DNA of 64,000 bases from Eledone cirrhosa. Taxonomy: Eukaryota. Under the pieces are notes generated by a model. The model saw only the letters and a program-made list of their open reading frames with translations. It was not told where the DNA came from and did no database searches. Positions 34,840 to 49,900 of the stretch are shown one piece after another. The stretch lies in NCBI GenBank assembly GCA_964016885.1, contig OZ024743.1, positions 153,946,001 to 154,010,000 of the forward strand, in the 5' to 3' direction. The position numbers were made by a program, and so were the translations under genes. Each line of letters opens with the position of its first letter. Within the stretch, counting starts at the first letter, position 1.

Positions 34840-36910
34840 CTTCGAAGCAACCCTTTGTCAATTCAGGAAATCCTAACAATACTAGGATAAGCTGGATAGA
34901 GGAGATGAGTAGGATAGCCAAGAAATGCTACATTAAGAACGATCTAATAAAAAGAGAATTTAGAAAACAAGTGCTTAACATTTGGAATCAAATAGGAATG
35001 TTTGAAAAAAAAACAGCAATGAAGAAAAATAGATATATAACAGAAGTTAAATTGGGGGAATTAGCTACAATGATAGAGATTGATGTACATGATGTACTTG
35101 AAAAGCATGGCAATATGGACATATGGTGTAGTGGTTGAGGTGTAAAAAAATGAATAAAATGATGGAACATAACAATAAGATGGCGATTGAGGAATGAAAG
35201 ATTGAGGAATGAACAGATGATGTAGTGCAGTGCACAGTTTGAATACAATACTAAATGAGTTAACTAAACCCAAAACTGAAAAATCTATAAACCTAAGGTT
35301 CATATATAGATAAACATAGAAGGAAAAACATTAAAAATGTATAGGATATTTGGCTATATTGAGACATGTGGTCTGTTACAATGTAATACGTTATATAGAT
35401 CAGCTCATAGTCATATAGAAGAGAACATATATGGAGAAAACAAGACTCTTATGGAAGAGAAGAACAGTAATATGTTACCCAATCTGCTACACTCATATAT
35501 TTACATCGACTGCATTTGGTCCAAAATAAAATCTTTGGACCAGTCAAGTGTTGAAAAAACACAATAAACCTTTGCGTTACTTACTGAAAAGTTGATAATT
35601 GTGGATGGATACATTACAAGAAGGCATAGTGCATCGTTCCTCATTCTTGGATAACTAAGTATCTGGAAATACTCAATGTGGTGGACAACATCATACTGGT
35701 CTTAACCCTTTAGCATTTACATTACTCTATATTTACTATTTTATTTTCATGGTAAACACTTTATCTCACATAATTATTTCACACACTATCGAATCTATGG
35801 GATTTTGATATTGTTTACTTTGAGAATATTACCTTAACATCAGTATGATGGGCAGTTTGAACAGAAAGAGGTGAGAGAATTTTGGCCAGATATGCCCAGT
35901 TTAAATGCTAAATGGTTAAGTAATAGCATGAAGACCTGGGAGACAGAGCTATTATCAGGTATAGTGTGGTAATTCTTAAACAAGCAAGAAAAAAAAAACT
36001 TGATAGAAAGACAAGGGAATTAATGACTACCTACAGTATGTTTCATAAGAAGGGTGAAGTTTAAAAACTGCATTTATCAGCCTGGAGTACTATGTTCAAA
36101 GAATGGAGATGTGCTGTTTACACAAATATGTGTCTGAGAAGCATGAGCCAATGCTGAAGGCTGTATTGAAGGAAGGATAATAGATCATGGGTGTCCAAGA
36201 AAGGGAGTGCTTAAGGAAAGAGCACATTAAAAAAGCTACAAAGGGAATGCTACTGTTTGCGCAGGTGTAAGACCTTAGAACAAAGTGCATAAAACATCAT
36301 ATTGAGAAGGATTAGGCTAGCCTGCTCAGTAGGATATGCTCAAAAAGAATAGGCAAGAACTCCAGATAACAGGAAAAAAGACATCGTAATTGGTGACAAT
36401 GTCTGAGGCATTCAACCACAAAAGGGACAACCATAGGCTTTTCTGCTCAGGAAAAATGAAGGAAGAGGATTGTTAAGGGTATAATCTAGGATGGTATATA
36501 ACTAATAGTACAGAACCCCAGTTGATTAGTGTAACTGTTTCTTTTGGAATAGAGACTGCAGGCTGCGTGGATAAGAATGAATATCAAAGAACAAAAATCA
36601 GTTGGAATAATACAAATAAATGAATGGACAGTTTACCAAAGTTATGTTTAACAGCATAAACAACCAATGGGCATGGGAATGTTTATAACAATCAGATTTA
36701 AAGGTTGACACTTAGGTATTAATGTGTACAGCACAAGAACAAGCACTTAAAATAAAGTATGTGAAATGCCACATTGACAGGAATGCAGAATGACCCTTTT
36801 GTCGACATTATGGAAAGAAATAAGTTAAAAGCATTTACTGCGTGAGTGAATGCACTCAAATTGCACACAATATTGCACACATCATTTATTGGAAACTGTG
36901 AGGAAAATAT
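34840..36910 (+). mobile_element. Highly decayed Dong/R4-type fragments
   Basis: Patches homologous to 6340-10176: KCYIKND...FRKQVLNIWNQIGMF (~34920), YKKA..VPHSWI (~35610), DRKTRELMTTYSMFHKKG (~36000), AQEQALK..HID (~36730). Confidence 0.65.
35702..35919. mobile_element. piggyBac-like MITE with TTAA target duplication
   Basis: TTAA-CCCTTTAGCATTT ... AAATGCTAAATGG-TTAA (13 bp TIR, one mismatch), inserted in the old Dong remnant. Confidence 0.75.
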
Positions 36911-38439
36911 GCTTTAGTTATACACATTCACACACACTACACAAACATACCATACAGGCATATACACACACCAATACATTCATTTGTTGAATATTGGCAG
37001 AGTTCTTACAGCATTGGGTTAAATGCCCTATGATAGTTGTTCCACATCTATGTACTCTCATTTGAAATCTCACCATAGTCAGCTTTGCTTTTCCTTTATA
37101 TAAAATACCAGTTTGATGTTCTAACAATTCTACCAATCTACTTAGATTGGTGGAATAATTAGAGCATCAGGCATGATGATTTAGGTATCTGTTCCAGCTC
37201 TGTGCATTTGAATTCATATCTTGCCTCACCTCCTTCATTGTGGCATCACAGGACCGTGGTTCCTATTATTAAACCATGAAAGGAAACCTTTGAAAGATCA
37301 GCTACATTCATGCAGATGTAAGTTATAACAACAGGCTATATACATATACTAGAGAGAGAAAGAGATAGAGAGATGAGGAGAGCGAGTGAGAGATGGGGGA
37401 GTGAGTGAGTGAGATAGATAGATAGGGAGGTAGAGATAGTGAGATATATAGATAGAGAATGCTAAAAAACACATCTAAGAAACAAATGGGACAAATTGAG
37501 TGAGAGAATGAGACAGGTAAAAAATGAAGCACTAGTAGAGAGGGAAGGAAAGTGGTCATGTCGATAATTAAAGTGATAGACACACAAAGAAACATGCTCA
37601 TGTGTGAACGCAGAAGGAGGATGGGTGAAATAAAGAGAGGAAGAAAGGGGAGTGTGAGAATGGGAACAAGGATTTCTTGAGCTGGGTTCTGGAAAAACCT
37701 GTGGCTTGCATCATCTATTACTATTATGTGGCAGATTATTTGAAAGTAAACATGTGGCGTACCAGTATTTTAGAAGATATGTGCTGTTAATTGTAATAGA
37801 CAATTGTATTTGAATACACAAATATATAGCTTACTGCAGTTGCTATGCAATTATTATACACATACGCCTATAATTTCATTGCTGTTAAAGCAATAGTCTC
37901 TTGCATAGGACATGATTTTATCACACAACATCACCCTACCCACATTCAACACTCGCTTCCTGCTTACATACTCATAATACGTATATACTCTCACAGCGAC
38001 ACAGATAAGTGGAGAAAAAGAATGCTGTCGTTGTATAGGTATAGTCTCCAGGGGACGCGCTTACACACACAGATTTAACGCAAATGTATATAAGGTTTTC
38101 ATAGTAACTTCCACTTGAATAATAAGTACTTAATATTGATGTAAATACAATAATTGTCGATACATCGGCCGGACTATTGAAAATCAAGCTAATATCAGGC
38201 GATAATTCTCAATCGCTTTCTGTTTAAGCAACAATAAATGTTAAGTAGTTGTTAAAAATAGTTCACAGCTTTGGTGTTAAATAGTTTTGTGTCTTTCTAA
38301 TGCATGCATACAGAAGATAAAAGTTTGGGGCATAATTATAAGTTTCATTAAACAATAAATCCTACTCTGTTTACATCTTCAATGGATAAATTGTTAAAAA
38401 TCAATAACACAAATGATAATAAGCAGATCCCAAGCAATA

Positions 38440-39600
38440 TGGAGGAAAGAGGCATTACCTAGTTTGGGCCTTCAGCATGTTCATTTTCAAAAGCTACATA
38501 AACAATGTGAACAAAGTAAAAAGAAAAGAAAATATGATGAAACTTGTATTGTTTAAAGTTTCACCTAAACTTGCTATAAGACTGAACCAAGTGGACTGTA
38601 TGTTTAATGTCGAAAGGTGTTAATTAATAACAGCTTTAAACTGACTAACCTAAAGTGGCATTTAGAGACAACACTTTTGAATTACAAAACCGAAGTGAAA
38701 AACGTTTTAAAAGAAAGTGTTTGGAATTGAATCTAAGAACAACTACGTTTTCCGTCTTTTGTATTGGAAAACAAACATGCTTGCTTGCTTCATATCACCA
38801 CTTTTATCGACTACCAGAAACAATAGCATCAAAAAACAATTGCATAACAATTAATAAAACCTGTGCAAAATATTTGGTGAAAAATATAGTTTTAAAAAAT
38901 GGCAACAATAAAATTAATGCACCACTACACAATTTCAAGTCATATTCCTTAAATACGAAATAATTGTAATACTGAGCTAATAAGATGGATTAAAATTAAC
39001 AAGGATGAGTGAATAAATGTTGCTGGTTTTGAAATTTAGCTAGTTTTTGTACACTATATTTATAAATGTGTTATTGGCGAATACTTATTAATCTGTCAGA
39101 TTTTGGAGAGACGTACTAGAGTAGAAATAATATTTGATGAAATTTATTCGCTTAGGGAAACAAAAGACACTTTGCGAAATCTGATGGACCAGCAGGGAAA
39201 TATTTTAGTTCTGGCAAGAATAAAATGTAAAGATAAATTAGGGTGTGAAAACATCTCTTGTTTTAATCAGCAGTGAAACGTACGACTCAGGATATGAAAT
39301 TAATAATAAACGCTGTTGTAAAATCTGTAAATTTTATCACTTTAAGATTACTAAATGCAAGTATCTTAATTTTATTAGGTAGTAAAATGTGGAGTCGTCT
39401 GTATGCAACTGAAGTATGCTGGATATTTAGCAACAAATTGTTGGTACGGTTTTCTTACCTGAACATTATTTTCAACTTTCAGTTAAGTTCAGATATGCTT
39501 GATAGAAAGCATGCCACATCTTTCTAACTTAAATTATGCTAATCTTGCAATGCATGTTACTAATGTAAAATGTTTCAAACTAAGGGGACTACACAACTGA
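38440..39600 (+). pseudogene. Decayed hAT (Buster/Charlie-like) transposase remnant
   Basis: KRKYDE (~38524) and CRKVLINNSFKLTNLKWHLET (BED-finger-like). VVKSVNFI...LNA...TEVCW..NKLLVRF resembles the VKIVNFIK..LNSR..TEVRWLSRGKVL.RF motif. Confidence 0.65.
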
Positions 39601-41364
39601 AGATAATATAACTAACGATAAATCTTAATACATGCACTTTTCAATCAAACCAAATTTCCCATTAAAATTATAATGATTCAATATTGCAACATTAATTATA
39701 GTTAAATCAACAACAATATTTTCTGACTGAAAAGCGAAATTTGTATTCAAAACGCATTTGTAGACTTATTAAATTTAAGTATTCTTCACCATGAGAAAAG
39801 AACAGCAAATAGACATAGCATCAGGTGTAAAAAAAATTGAATTTACAAAAGTTTGAATTTTATTATTTATTGAGTATCCTACTCCAAGGGCAAACAATTT
39901 AAAAGTGTCAACGTGATTTACAATGCCATATTTATGTGAAATACGTTTTTCACTAAATTTATTTGCCAAAAATGTTGTTTCGAATAACATCCATAGTCTC
40001 AAACTTATGTTTGTTTAGAGCTGTAAACTACCATCTGGTTATAGCTATCAAAATAAGTTATTAGTCTCATAAAAAAAAACACACATGATTAGAAGAATTA
40101 ACAGTTTTCATATCATTAGACAGCTTCATTAGGAAGCAATTACTATATATAGGAGATTTAAGTATTTAATCAATTAAAGTGGATCGGCTTCAAAGACTGC
40201 TAATTCATTGACACAAGGGGTTTACAACAGGGGTTAATTGAATGATCCAATGCATTGCAAGCAATATTAGTGTTAACACTCAGAACTTTCCAAACGCACA
40301 CACCACATTACATCCTTTATCTTTTCAAGCAGCAGTTTTGAGTTGATACAGGCAGTGTTGGTATGTAATCAGAGTCATGTTGTAAAAGTACTACTTAACC
40401 GAGTTCTCAGCTATTACATGTTTATATGCCTATTGAGTTAAGCAACACGAAAAGGCAAAGGTAACCAAATTAAATGTTGTGCAATATAGCAACTATATGG
40501 CCCTTCCACAGATATAGAGCTCTCTTACCACTTGTTGAAACTAAGGTTACACACAAATACACACATACACATACATTCACACACACACGCACACACACAC
40601 ACCACACACACTCACACACACACACACATATATATACAGCAAATGTAATATATATATTTTAAATATACTTATATAAATAAATTTTGAGATGAAAAGTAAG
40701 TTAGAAAGGAAAGAATTAAAAAAAATCATAAAAATATATTTGAGAATGAAACAAGTTATATCTCATAAAATGAAAGCAAATAATGAATGTATCGTTGAAA
40801 TATAACAGATCATAGTTTTGCTTCAATACATTTGAGATAAAACTTTTATCCCATTAGGGAAAGCAAGAGATAAAAAAACAAAACTACAGAAATATGTGAT
40901 AAAGGATTACCAGAAAAAGAACAAAAGAATATATGTTGTTTCTTACACTTTTGAGAAATATAAGAATTAGATATTTAAATATATATTTAAAACAATGGTA
41001 ATAAACACAATATTTTAAAACAAAATAAAGACAGAATAAAAGAAACATGTATAAGGAATGTTAAATATATATGATAGAACTAAATATTCCAATACAAAAT
41101 GTAACAAATTCATATTATGTAATAAAGAAACAAATGTCAACAAAAAGAATCGTAATATAATAAAATGAGAAAACTTTACATTAAAAGAAGCTTGACAGCA
41201 TAAATAAAATAAATGTATCAATATTTATAGTTTTTGTGTTCAAGTTGTCTCTGTTAAAAGCTCTCAAAACACAATATTATCACAGATCAAAATATTTACA
41301 AATGTTTTCTTGTAAACAAAATGTAACCAAACAATACATACACACACACACACACATATATATA

Positions 41365-42260
41365 TACTGTGTTGGTCAAAATCTCCATGTGTATTTTAAG
41401 CGCAAATAAGACGAGTTTATAAAGAAAGCGATTCGTTCAGTCAATGACATCATTTCTGTTTCGTTCTTGTTCCAGTATCTTTCGCCGTCCTGTGGGCAGA
41501 TCCATTATTACCTGCCCAAATTATTTACTGCCTTCACTGGCAAAAACACTTCCAGGTGAATTTTCCCAACTTTTTCAGAGTTGAAGGTCTATCCATTTAA
41601 TGAAATTTGAAGAGACCGAAACAAGGGTAAATCTGAAGACGCAAGGTCGAGAGATGTTGTGACAAAACTTCCCAGCCGAGTCCCAGCAACTTCTGCTACG
41701 TCTGCAAATAAATTCGTGGTCTGGAATAAGAGCTGGGCGCTGCATTTAATCTGTCCAGATGATCAAAGTATACATCCGAATTGATGGTTCTCTCCGTGGG
41801 AAGAAGCTCGTATATGACAACACCCTTCCAATCCCATCTCATTAGAAGCATAACAATCTGTGGGTTAAGTAATGCTTTGGAGGTTGTTTGTGGTGGTTCA
41901 TCGAATTTTTCCCGTGATTGATTGCACTTCATATTGTTATGGACGATCCAGTCTGTGTCCCCTGTCACCATTCTATTTAAACAATGGATCGTTTTCTTCA
42001 CTTTCCCTCAAAGAATCACTGATGGAAACCCGTGGGTGATTTTAGCCTTATTCAATTGTAAGACCCAACCATCGAGCCTGCTGACGTAACCAAGGTAATG
42101 CACATAGGTTTTAACGCATGATTTGGACATTTGGAGAATATCTGCGATCATCCTGGTCGTATTTCGGGGTTTGATGTTGATTATCCCGTTAATTCTGTTG
42201 TTATTCTCAGATGGCCGTCATGAGCGAAGTGCACCTTGAACTGAAAAATTTCTCGATCGA
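41365..42260 (-). mobile_element. Decayed mariner transposon (3' part)
   Basis: ORF 41696..42001: VTGDTDWIVHNN...VMLLMRWDWKGVVIYELLP..RTINSDVY. Decayed SPDLAPSD-like region at ~41620-41650. TIR-like TACTGTGTTGGTCAAAAT next to (TA)n at 41365. Confidence 0.8.
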
Positions 42261-43272
42261 AATCTTGATAATCAAGTTATTGAGTTATATGTGTGCATGT
42301 GGATATGTTTTCTATCTCTACATGTGTACATGCACTACATACATGTATGTATTTATGTGTGTATGTACGTATCGATGTATGCATATATGTACGTAAATAT
42401 TGGTGACATCATCTCAGGGCCAATCAAATTCTAAAATGCTATTAGGCAAGGATGATCTCATATCTTATACACTTTTCTCCTTCTATTTCTCTGTGGTTCT
42501 CATTGATACCTTTAGTGACTGAAATGAATGCACCTCCACAAGGAGAGGTTTTTAATCTCAGACGTCAAATATAGCTAAAGCAAAGGCAAACACGTGGTGA
42601 AATGCATTCTGTCTTTGTACATTTCATTTTTATTGTTAATGTAGTGGAACTATTTAGGACTACATTAAGATGATGAGGTGTGATATATGAGATATCTAAC
42701 TGTTTTGGGAAATAACATGTTAATAACAGAAATGTTAGCTATTTAACTAACACACGGAATTGATGAATATTTTGAAAAGTAATCGTTTGCCTGGTATTGA
42801 CGTGGTTGTTGTTTGCCTCGATGTCAATTGTGATTCATCAGCTATTTCGTTACAGTTATGATATCTATAACTACGTGATGTTTCTTGTTCATATTTCGGA
42901 TGGTAGTGTGTTTTCCAAGAAATTTGCCTGCTGTTGTAGCCGGGAGAGCAACCATAAGAAGCTCGCTCTTTTGTTCGACCTCTTTTTTCTCATGACATAT
43001 GTATACATGTAGATATGTGTGTCTATGTATGGAGGTATGTAATAGTTTAATCGATCATCTCAACCATAGGGCATATTACAAACTATAATTGTGGAATCAC
43101 TAAATTATTAAACAGAGATATCGACGTACACATATATGCATATGTATCATTTAACTATTAGTGCCGGAATCATGTCTTAACTCTATGAGTTATAAATATT
43201 AATGTGATAATATATATATTATATTCCTCCTTGTTCTCCGGCCTAGGTTTTGTTTCTCAGTATCACCAGCAA

Positions 43273-43281
<9 letters not shown>

Positions 43282-43323
<42 letters not shown>
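43282..43323. repeat. (CAT)n microsatellite
   Basis: Directly visible. Confidence 0.95.
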
Positions 43324-43720
43324 TAAGAATCAAAAGAATCGGGTTTGTCACAACCACTATGAGAGTACTGGTTTATTGACTATTATTTCTCTTTTATTTT
43401 TCTTTCAGCCATTTATCTCCAATATATGTCTATGTTATTTAGGTACAAACATTCGCTGTCAATAGATCGAGGTAATGCTTGGATACAACCTGGAATGTGG
43501 TTATAATCACAAAATTAGCCTGTAGATCGCAAAGGATGTTCGCGAATGAATGGTAGAAATGGAAGGTGAGCTACTAACATACAACACTGAAAATCGTGAC
43601 TGAATGGTGTTCATATAACATTGAGTGTATATATATATATATGTGTATATGGATGTCAAACACTATAAAATGTATGTCATGATCTTGTTTCTAAATATGA
43701 GCCTTGTCTGTGTGTTTATG

Positions 43721-43784
<64 letters not shown>

Positions 43785-43802
43785 GCACACAATATATATT
43801 TG

Positions 43803-43863
<61 letters not shown>

Positions 43864-44425
43864 ATGTTTGTCTTTATGTGTGTTTTCGTGTGAGTGTTTG
43901 CGTGTGTGTGTATTCGTGTGATTTCCATTTTACGTATGATTTCCATGAAAACTAATTACTAGTTCTTGATAAGAGCCAATATTTCGTAGTGGACATTCTA
44001 TATGTGTTTACTGTTCAGAATAACTTCATGATACTGCAAAAATTAAGACGGTTATAGCAGTTGCTGAAGCCATGACATTGAATAGTTCCCAACAAACAAT
44101 ACATACCTGACAGATAATTGATGTCGTAAAGTATTTGTGCAATGGATAAATGTTAATGTGCATGTTGTTATAAAAGGCATAGCAGTGTATGTGGGCGCAT
44201 ATTTCCAGTATATATATATATATAAAACTGAGAAACATCAATCTGTAGACGGAAAAGTAAATATTTCAAGAAACGTTACAACAGAAGGAAAACAGGAAGA
44301 TGATACATTGGTTCGTGAAGACATTTTCCGGTGATGGACGAAAAATATGCGATGAAAATTACGTCATTGTGTGGATGGAGAAGAACAATTTTTTGCAAAG
44401 AAACACACACGCACACAGACACACA

Positions 44426-44489
<64 letters not shown>

Positions 44490-46689
44490 TGCGTGCACAC
44501 ATACATCACACATGGAATATATATATTCACGCACATATTTAAGATAACAATAGAATGCCGGACTGGAAAATTTTATTTCCGCGAAAGCACTATACAATTG
44601 TCAATGGTCCAACTCTATTTTACAGCAAGACTAGGTGATTTCATCAGGAGTTATTTGCAGAATGATGTAACTGAATAACGTTGGACTCAAACAGAATGGA
44701 AGATAGTAGATAGAAATAAATTGAAGATAGAAAATTCGATTCGTAGACAGCCTGTTAATATGGCGATATATCGAATGCAAACGCTCCCCAAATGACACTT
44801 GATGCCAGTTTTCTGGACTGGTATGCGTGGTGGAGGAGGTAGGGATTGTCAAATGGAAACAGAGATATATCTATCTTAGAGAATGCTATTCCTTAATAAT
44901 ACTCGGGGCTTCATTGCAGCATAGATCAATAGGTATTAATCTATTGACCGTCGGTCAGACAAGTCAGTCGACCATGACAGTATTTAAAGGGGAAGAGAGC
45001 CATGCAAAATTACAGAAATTTCAAAAATGATAATAATATCGCCTAGAATAGAATAGAAGTTTTAAATAGATATAACAAGATACAAACAATTATAAAGGTT
45101 GTAAGGTTGCATGAATAATTAGAATTATAAGATTAAGGAATTTCCAAAGACAATAAAGTTTACTTTCATTTACAAACATTATGTGCTAGATTTGTGTTAA
45201 ATAAAAGCAGTTATCTTTTTTACTTCTAACGGCCAGGATTTACGAAAATACATTATTGGAAGAATATGGGTTTGTCAAGCTTTATAAATGTGCCCTTGCG
45301 TTGAAAGCTAAATTTGGTGTGATTTATTTTCCACGGTCTGGTAGTCAGCTTATCATTGCTAGGTCCAAATTAAATATTTTACTAGTGACCGAGTATATTC
45401 AAAAAGAAGGGGAAATTGATTAATTAATTAATCAATTCCAAACACTTAAGGTCTATTATAAAAGTTAGTCTAAACAACGCATTACTCAAAGGACTGCACG
45501 CTTCCGGTCGATGGATTAACGCAGCTCCCCAACGTCAACATACCGACGCAAATGATATGATGATAGATATATAGGTATTATATTACATACTCTAGCTTGA
45601 TAATATAAATGTATAATTGAAGGTATATCTGTAGTTCAAGTTAATTTAAATTAAATCTGGAGCTATCTTTTTAATCTAGGGGCGGCCATTGAATCTAGGG
45701 GCCATTGAATACTGAATAACATATTGTCTATGGTGTAGTACGATAGAATATATACAATCAAATGCTACGAGGTGAGATATAGAAAGTATATGACATGATA
45801 AAATATGATAACAAAGAAAAAAATATATATAGAGAGAGAGAGCGAGAGAGGGATTGGGTTCGTACGTGTTCGTTAAGCGGTAATTGTTTCACAATTTTAC
45901 TTGTTGATCAATTAATGCTTTTGTACACGGATCCTAGCACTCAACGTAGTATTATTTCCAGCTTGTTGATATAAACCTGCAGGTCTCTGTACACCTGAGA
46001 TTTTGTATAAGAATGAAGAGTAAAGCAGTATTCTGGAATCTTAAACTCAATTTATTTCCAACGCCATTTCTATTTTGTACATTTCAATAGCATCAATTAC
46101 GTAATTGATACGATCTAGTCAAATAGCCATTATGTAATTATTCTTACTCCGATATATTCAGGGTGCGTATATTCGATGACACCTCACGTCCAGCAAACCA
46201 ATGCATCTTATTAAAGGACTCCGTATATAACCTCACTTGATAGTATGCGTTTCACAGATGGTGTGAGTTGTAGTTTATTGACACAGGTTTAAATACAATT
46301 TTGGCAAATCTAATACAGAATCGGTTGTAAAACCCAGAATATCTGTGGGTGTGTAAATATGGATAAATATATAGCTAGATATCAGGTATGCTGTAAAACC
46401 ACGTCACTGGAGTGCTATTAGCTGAAGTTCACAGCAATGCAATGTTAGCAGCGAGAACAACAACAATAATAACATTAGCAGCAACAAGTGCTACAACAAC
46501 ATTAACACATTGATGATGGATAAGAATGACAAATATTTGGATGGATAAGTATGAGAAATATTTGAAATATTTGATCTTATAATAGTTCAAATACCTCTCT
46601 TTTTCCACCTGGACCACGTACATGTGATTAGAAGGTCTCCTAAGAATCATTTGTACTGTTTTTACCGGTAAAACTAACTGGTAGAATAC

Positions 46690-46985
46690 CTTGAGTTAGT
46701 CCCCGGGTCAGATGGTTAGATTGCATCCATGAGCTTGGCTGGTCCCACTTGGGGATCCAGCTAGAGCATTTTGAGCCGGTTGCTTCTGACAGGACTTGCT
46801 GGAAGGCGTACTTGAGCACTCAGCTCCACGATGCTCCCAGTAGTGTTCGACAATGAAGAAGAAGAAGAAGAAGAAGAAGAAGAAGAAGAAGAAGAAGAAG
46901 AAGAAGAAAAAGAAGAAGAAGAAGAAGAAGAAGAAGAAGAAGAAGAAGAAGAAGAAGAAGAAGAAGAAGAAGGAGAAGAAGAAGA
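46690..46985 (+). mobile_element. RTE LINE 3' end with an expanded (GAA)n tail
   Basis: CATCCATGAGCTTGGCTGGTC..CTTGGGGATCCA matches 58777-58812 and the 3' end of the 29.6 kb RTE. (GAA)n at 46855-46985. Confidence 0.75.
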
Positions 46986-49900
46986 GATTTTTATCAGCGG
47001 ACAATCGGACTCGCGCATACAGAGGGAACAAAATCTCATCGTCACTTTAAAAATATTCACATCTATCCAGTGTCTTCCATGCTCCAACCCAATTTGTTTA
47101 GTCCGCATACCCCTACAGTACCATTAGATTTTCCAGCTCAACACACTATTAATGTGTACACCCACACACATGTGTCACTCATAGTATCACCCACACATAG
47201 AACATCTCTTAATTTTAGTGGAAACATATATCGAAATAAAAGACATCCGAATTTTACTATTTCTTTATTTTAGTTTTAAAGGTATTTATCAAAGCAGAAG
47301 ACATTACAAGTGCTGTATTTTTTTCATATTATATCACAATTTGTAATGAAGGAGGAAAGAATAATTAATAGCCAGAAATGTGAGACGGGTAGTCAGAACA
47401 ACAGACGAAATGCAACAACGTCACAGTCGCTGGGTTTCCATTTCTAACACTCACTCAGCCTTCTTCCTGCTATATTTACCATTTCAATTTTTCTCTTAAA
47501 TTCTCCCAGTAGAGAAACATTTATACAAGCTGTGGAAAGTGAAGGTACTAAAAATCATACACATTTTTAACAACAGATATACATTTCAGAAGTTTTGTTT
47601 ATTAACAGTTTAGTCTAAAACGCCTTTTTTGATTAGAACAATTTTCATAAAATTTTACAAGAAAAGAAAAAGTAATCATCGAGAGTGAAGTTGAATTTGT
47701 CATATTAATGATGTTATCAATTTACATACAGGTTTTGCTTTCTTACGGGAAATGGGGATGTGGCTGCCCATGCCACAAACGTTTTCACCAACTCAGCTCA
47801 GTGACGCAGTACATTACTTGACAGCCTTCCCGAGAGCCCGCCTGTCTCTTCGTCGGCGACTAATTCATTCTATCCGGCTCAAGATTCCAACAAGGTAACC
47901 TGCTTCGGCTTGCTCTATTTACACATGTTATCGATGACATTATTAGAATAGGGGATGATCTATATTTAAATGCTTGGGGTATTGATGATATTCATGTGGG
48001 AGGACCCTCAGGTAAGGTCCTAGTTTCTGCAAAGACTGATTAAGCGTTGGAGCCTCCATGTCAACTGTTGCAAATGCGAACTCTGAATCCACAACCACAC
48101 GGAAACCTAACAATAACCTACAGTAACTCTGTTTACTGCATTATGCTCCTCCTTCGTGGTTGCTAACTCATCACCATGGCGCTCTCTGGGAGCCGCAAAG
48201 TTTTACCTAACTTTGGAGCCTATCCCTCTCCAAAATGGCAATAGTTGAGTAACACTAAAACAGTGATGTAATTGAGCCTCATGAAGATTAATTGTATTTA
48301 GGAATTACCTATCAATTAAGTTACTGTATGTGTCGACAGTCAGTCTCTCGAATAGAGTCTCGTCTCTTGTCATCACTTCTAAATTTTGTTGACATAATCG
48401 TCATTGATCTTAAATCCCTGGTCAATGTAAGAGTCCCGTAAGTAGGCTGGTGGGCCTAAACGATTTGGAATTCTAGGTCTACGTAAATGCTCACTTCATT
48501 ATTTTTGTCCACCCATGCTTGCTCCTTTCTAGTGGAAAAACACTCTCCTTTCTAAAGGACTAGATCTAACAGATAGGCTGATGAAGCGCTACCTCAGTGA
48601 AAGGAGCTGGATAGTGGATGGTCTGAACTGTATAGTGACGTGCCCTTAAAACCCCAGAAGGAATACGGACCCCAGTCGACTTGCATGGTAATACTGTAAT
48701 TGAAGACAACCCAATAAGTGCCCCTTAAGAGGGATAGGGAAGTGCATGTTTAAGGACATCGTATACCATTGTGATATTAAAATGAATCTGGGTACTTATA
48801 AATACATTAGAGCCACATCTAATTTTTGGAAAACAGTGTATACCAACTCATTCAAAAGCCGGTTCTGTGGACATCAATATGTTCGAGATGATCCACCCGG
48901 CCATATCAAAGAGAAAGACATAATTGTGACCATTGTTCTGCTGAGTTATGACTGGTAAAGATTATGACAGATACTGATCTGTTAAATTCAAGGTACGACA
49001 GAAATTTTAACTGCCAGCTTAGTTCTCTAAAAACCTTTTCAAAATACAATCCATACTAAATAAGATTCGATTTTGTACCTCTGCGTATATTTTCCCGGTG
49101 ATTCCAGTACCCCTACACATTCACTTAAACTGGTTTTATTGCAGATATATATCTCTTTATTTAAACCTATCAGCATTCTTCCCCTTTCTACATATCTGAC
49201 TTGGCGCCATTATCCAGCCGAAATTATAAACTTCAAACACGCTATCTCCTTGTAATCTTTCCTTCCTTTGATCTCGTTCCATAAATTTTATAAATTACAC
49301 TGTCTTCTTTCTCCTATCCTTGGAGCACTTTCAAATCCCTTATTATTAAATAACAACAATTTCTGAGCTATTACAAAGTACACTTCTCTATTTGGTACCA
49401 CTCCTATTTCTTCTAATCACTTATTAACACATTCCATTGGCTACTCTAAAGTTTATATACTTGCTGCTCTTCAACTTGCACACTAGTGTAACCTGCGCAT
49501 ACGTGTATATTTGTATATTTATTTCAATTTACATTTACATGTATATTATCTGGTAAATTTGACCATAAATACACTGAAGATGTACCCGTTTACATATTTG
49601 ATTTACTCTATACGCGTGACCTCATCCATAGGGCCTCAGTGTTTTTCCGAACCTCTCTGTTGGTAGGCAAATCTAAACTACACAGTGTGAGATAATGGGT
49701 TATGGATTATGTAATAATTCAGCTTTCGTAGGCGATTGGATAATTGCATTGAAACACGTGTTAGAGTCCTTATTATATAATGAATATTTCTTCGAATTTT
49801 ATCCTATTTTATCTCGCTTTCCTATGCGTTTTCACTCGAGTAGAAGTGGATGAGATGATTTGTAGGTCATTTATTGTTGGAAATAGTTGAGTCATTCGCA

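Noticed and set aside
46708-47127. Poly-E, poly-K, poly-F and poly-S ORFs
   Set aside because: Translations of the (GAA)n microsatellite.
47740-48960. Possible LTR retrotransposon remnant (purine tract followed by TG at ~47748-47761; GC-richer segment)
   Set aside because: No paired LTR, primer-binding site or recognisable gag/pol motif found.
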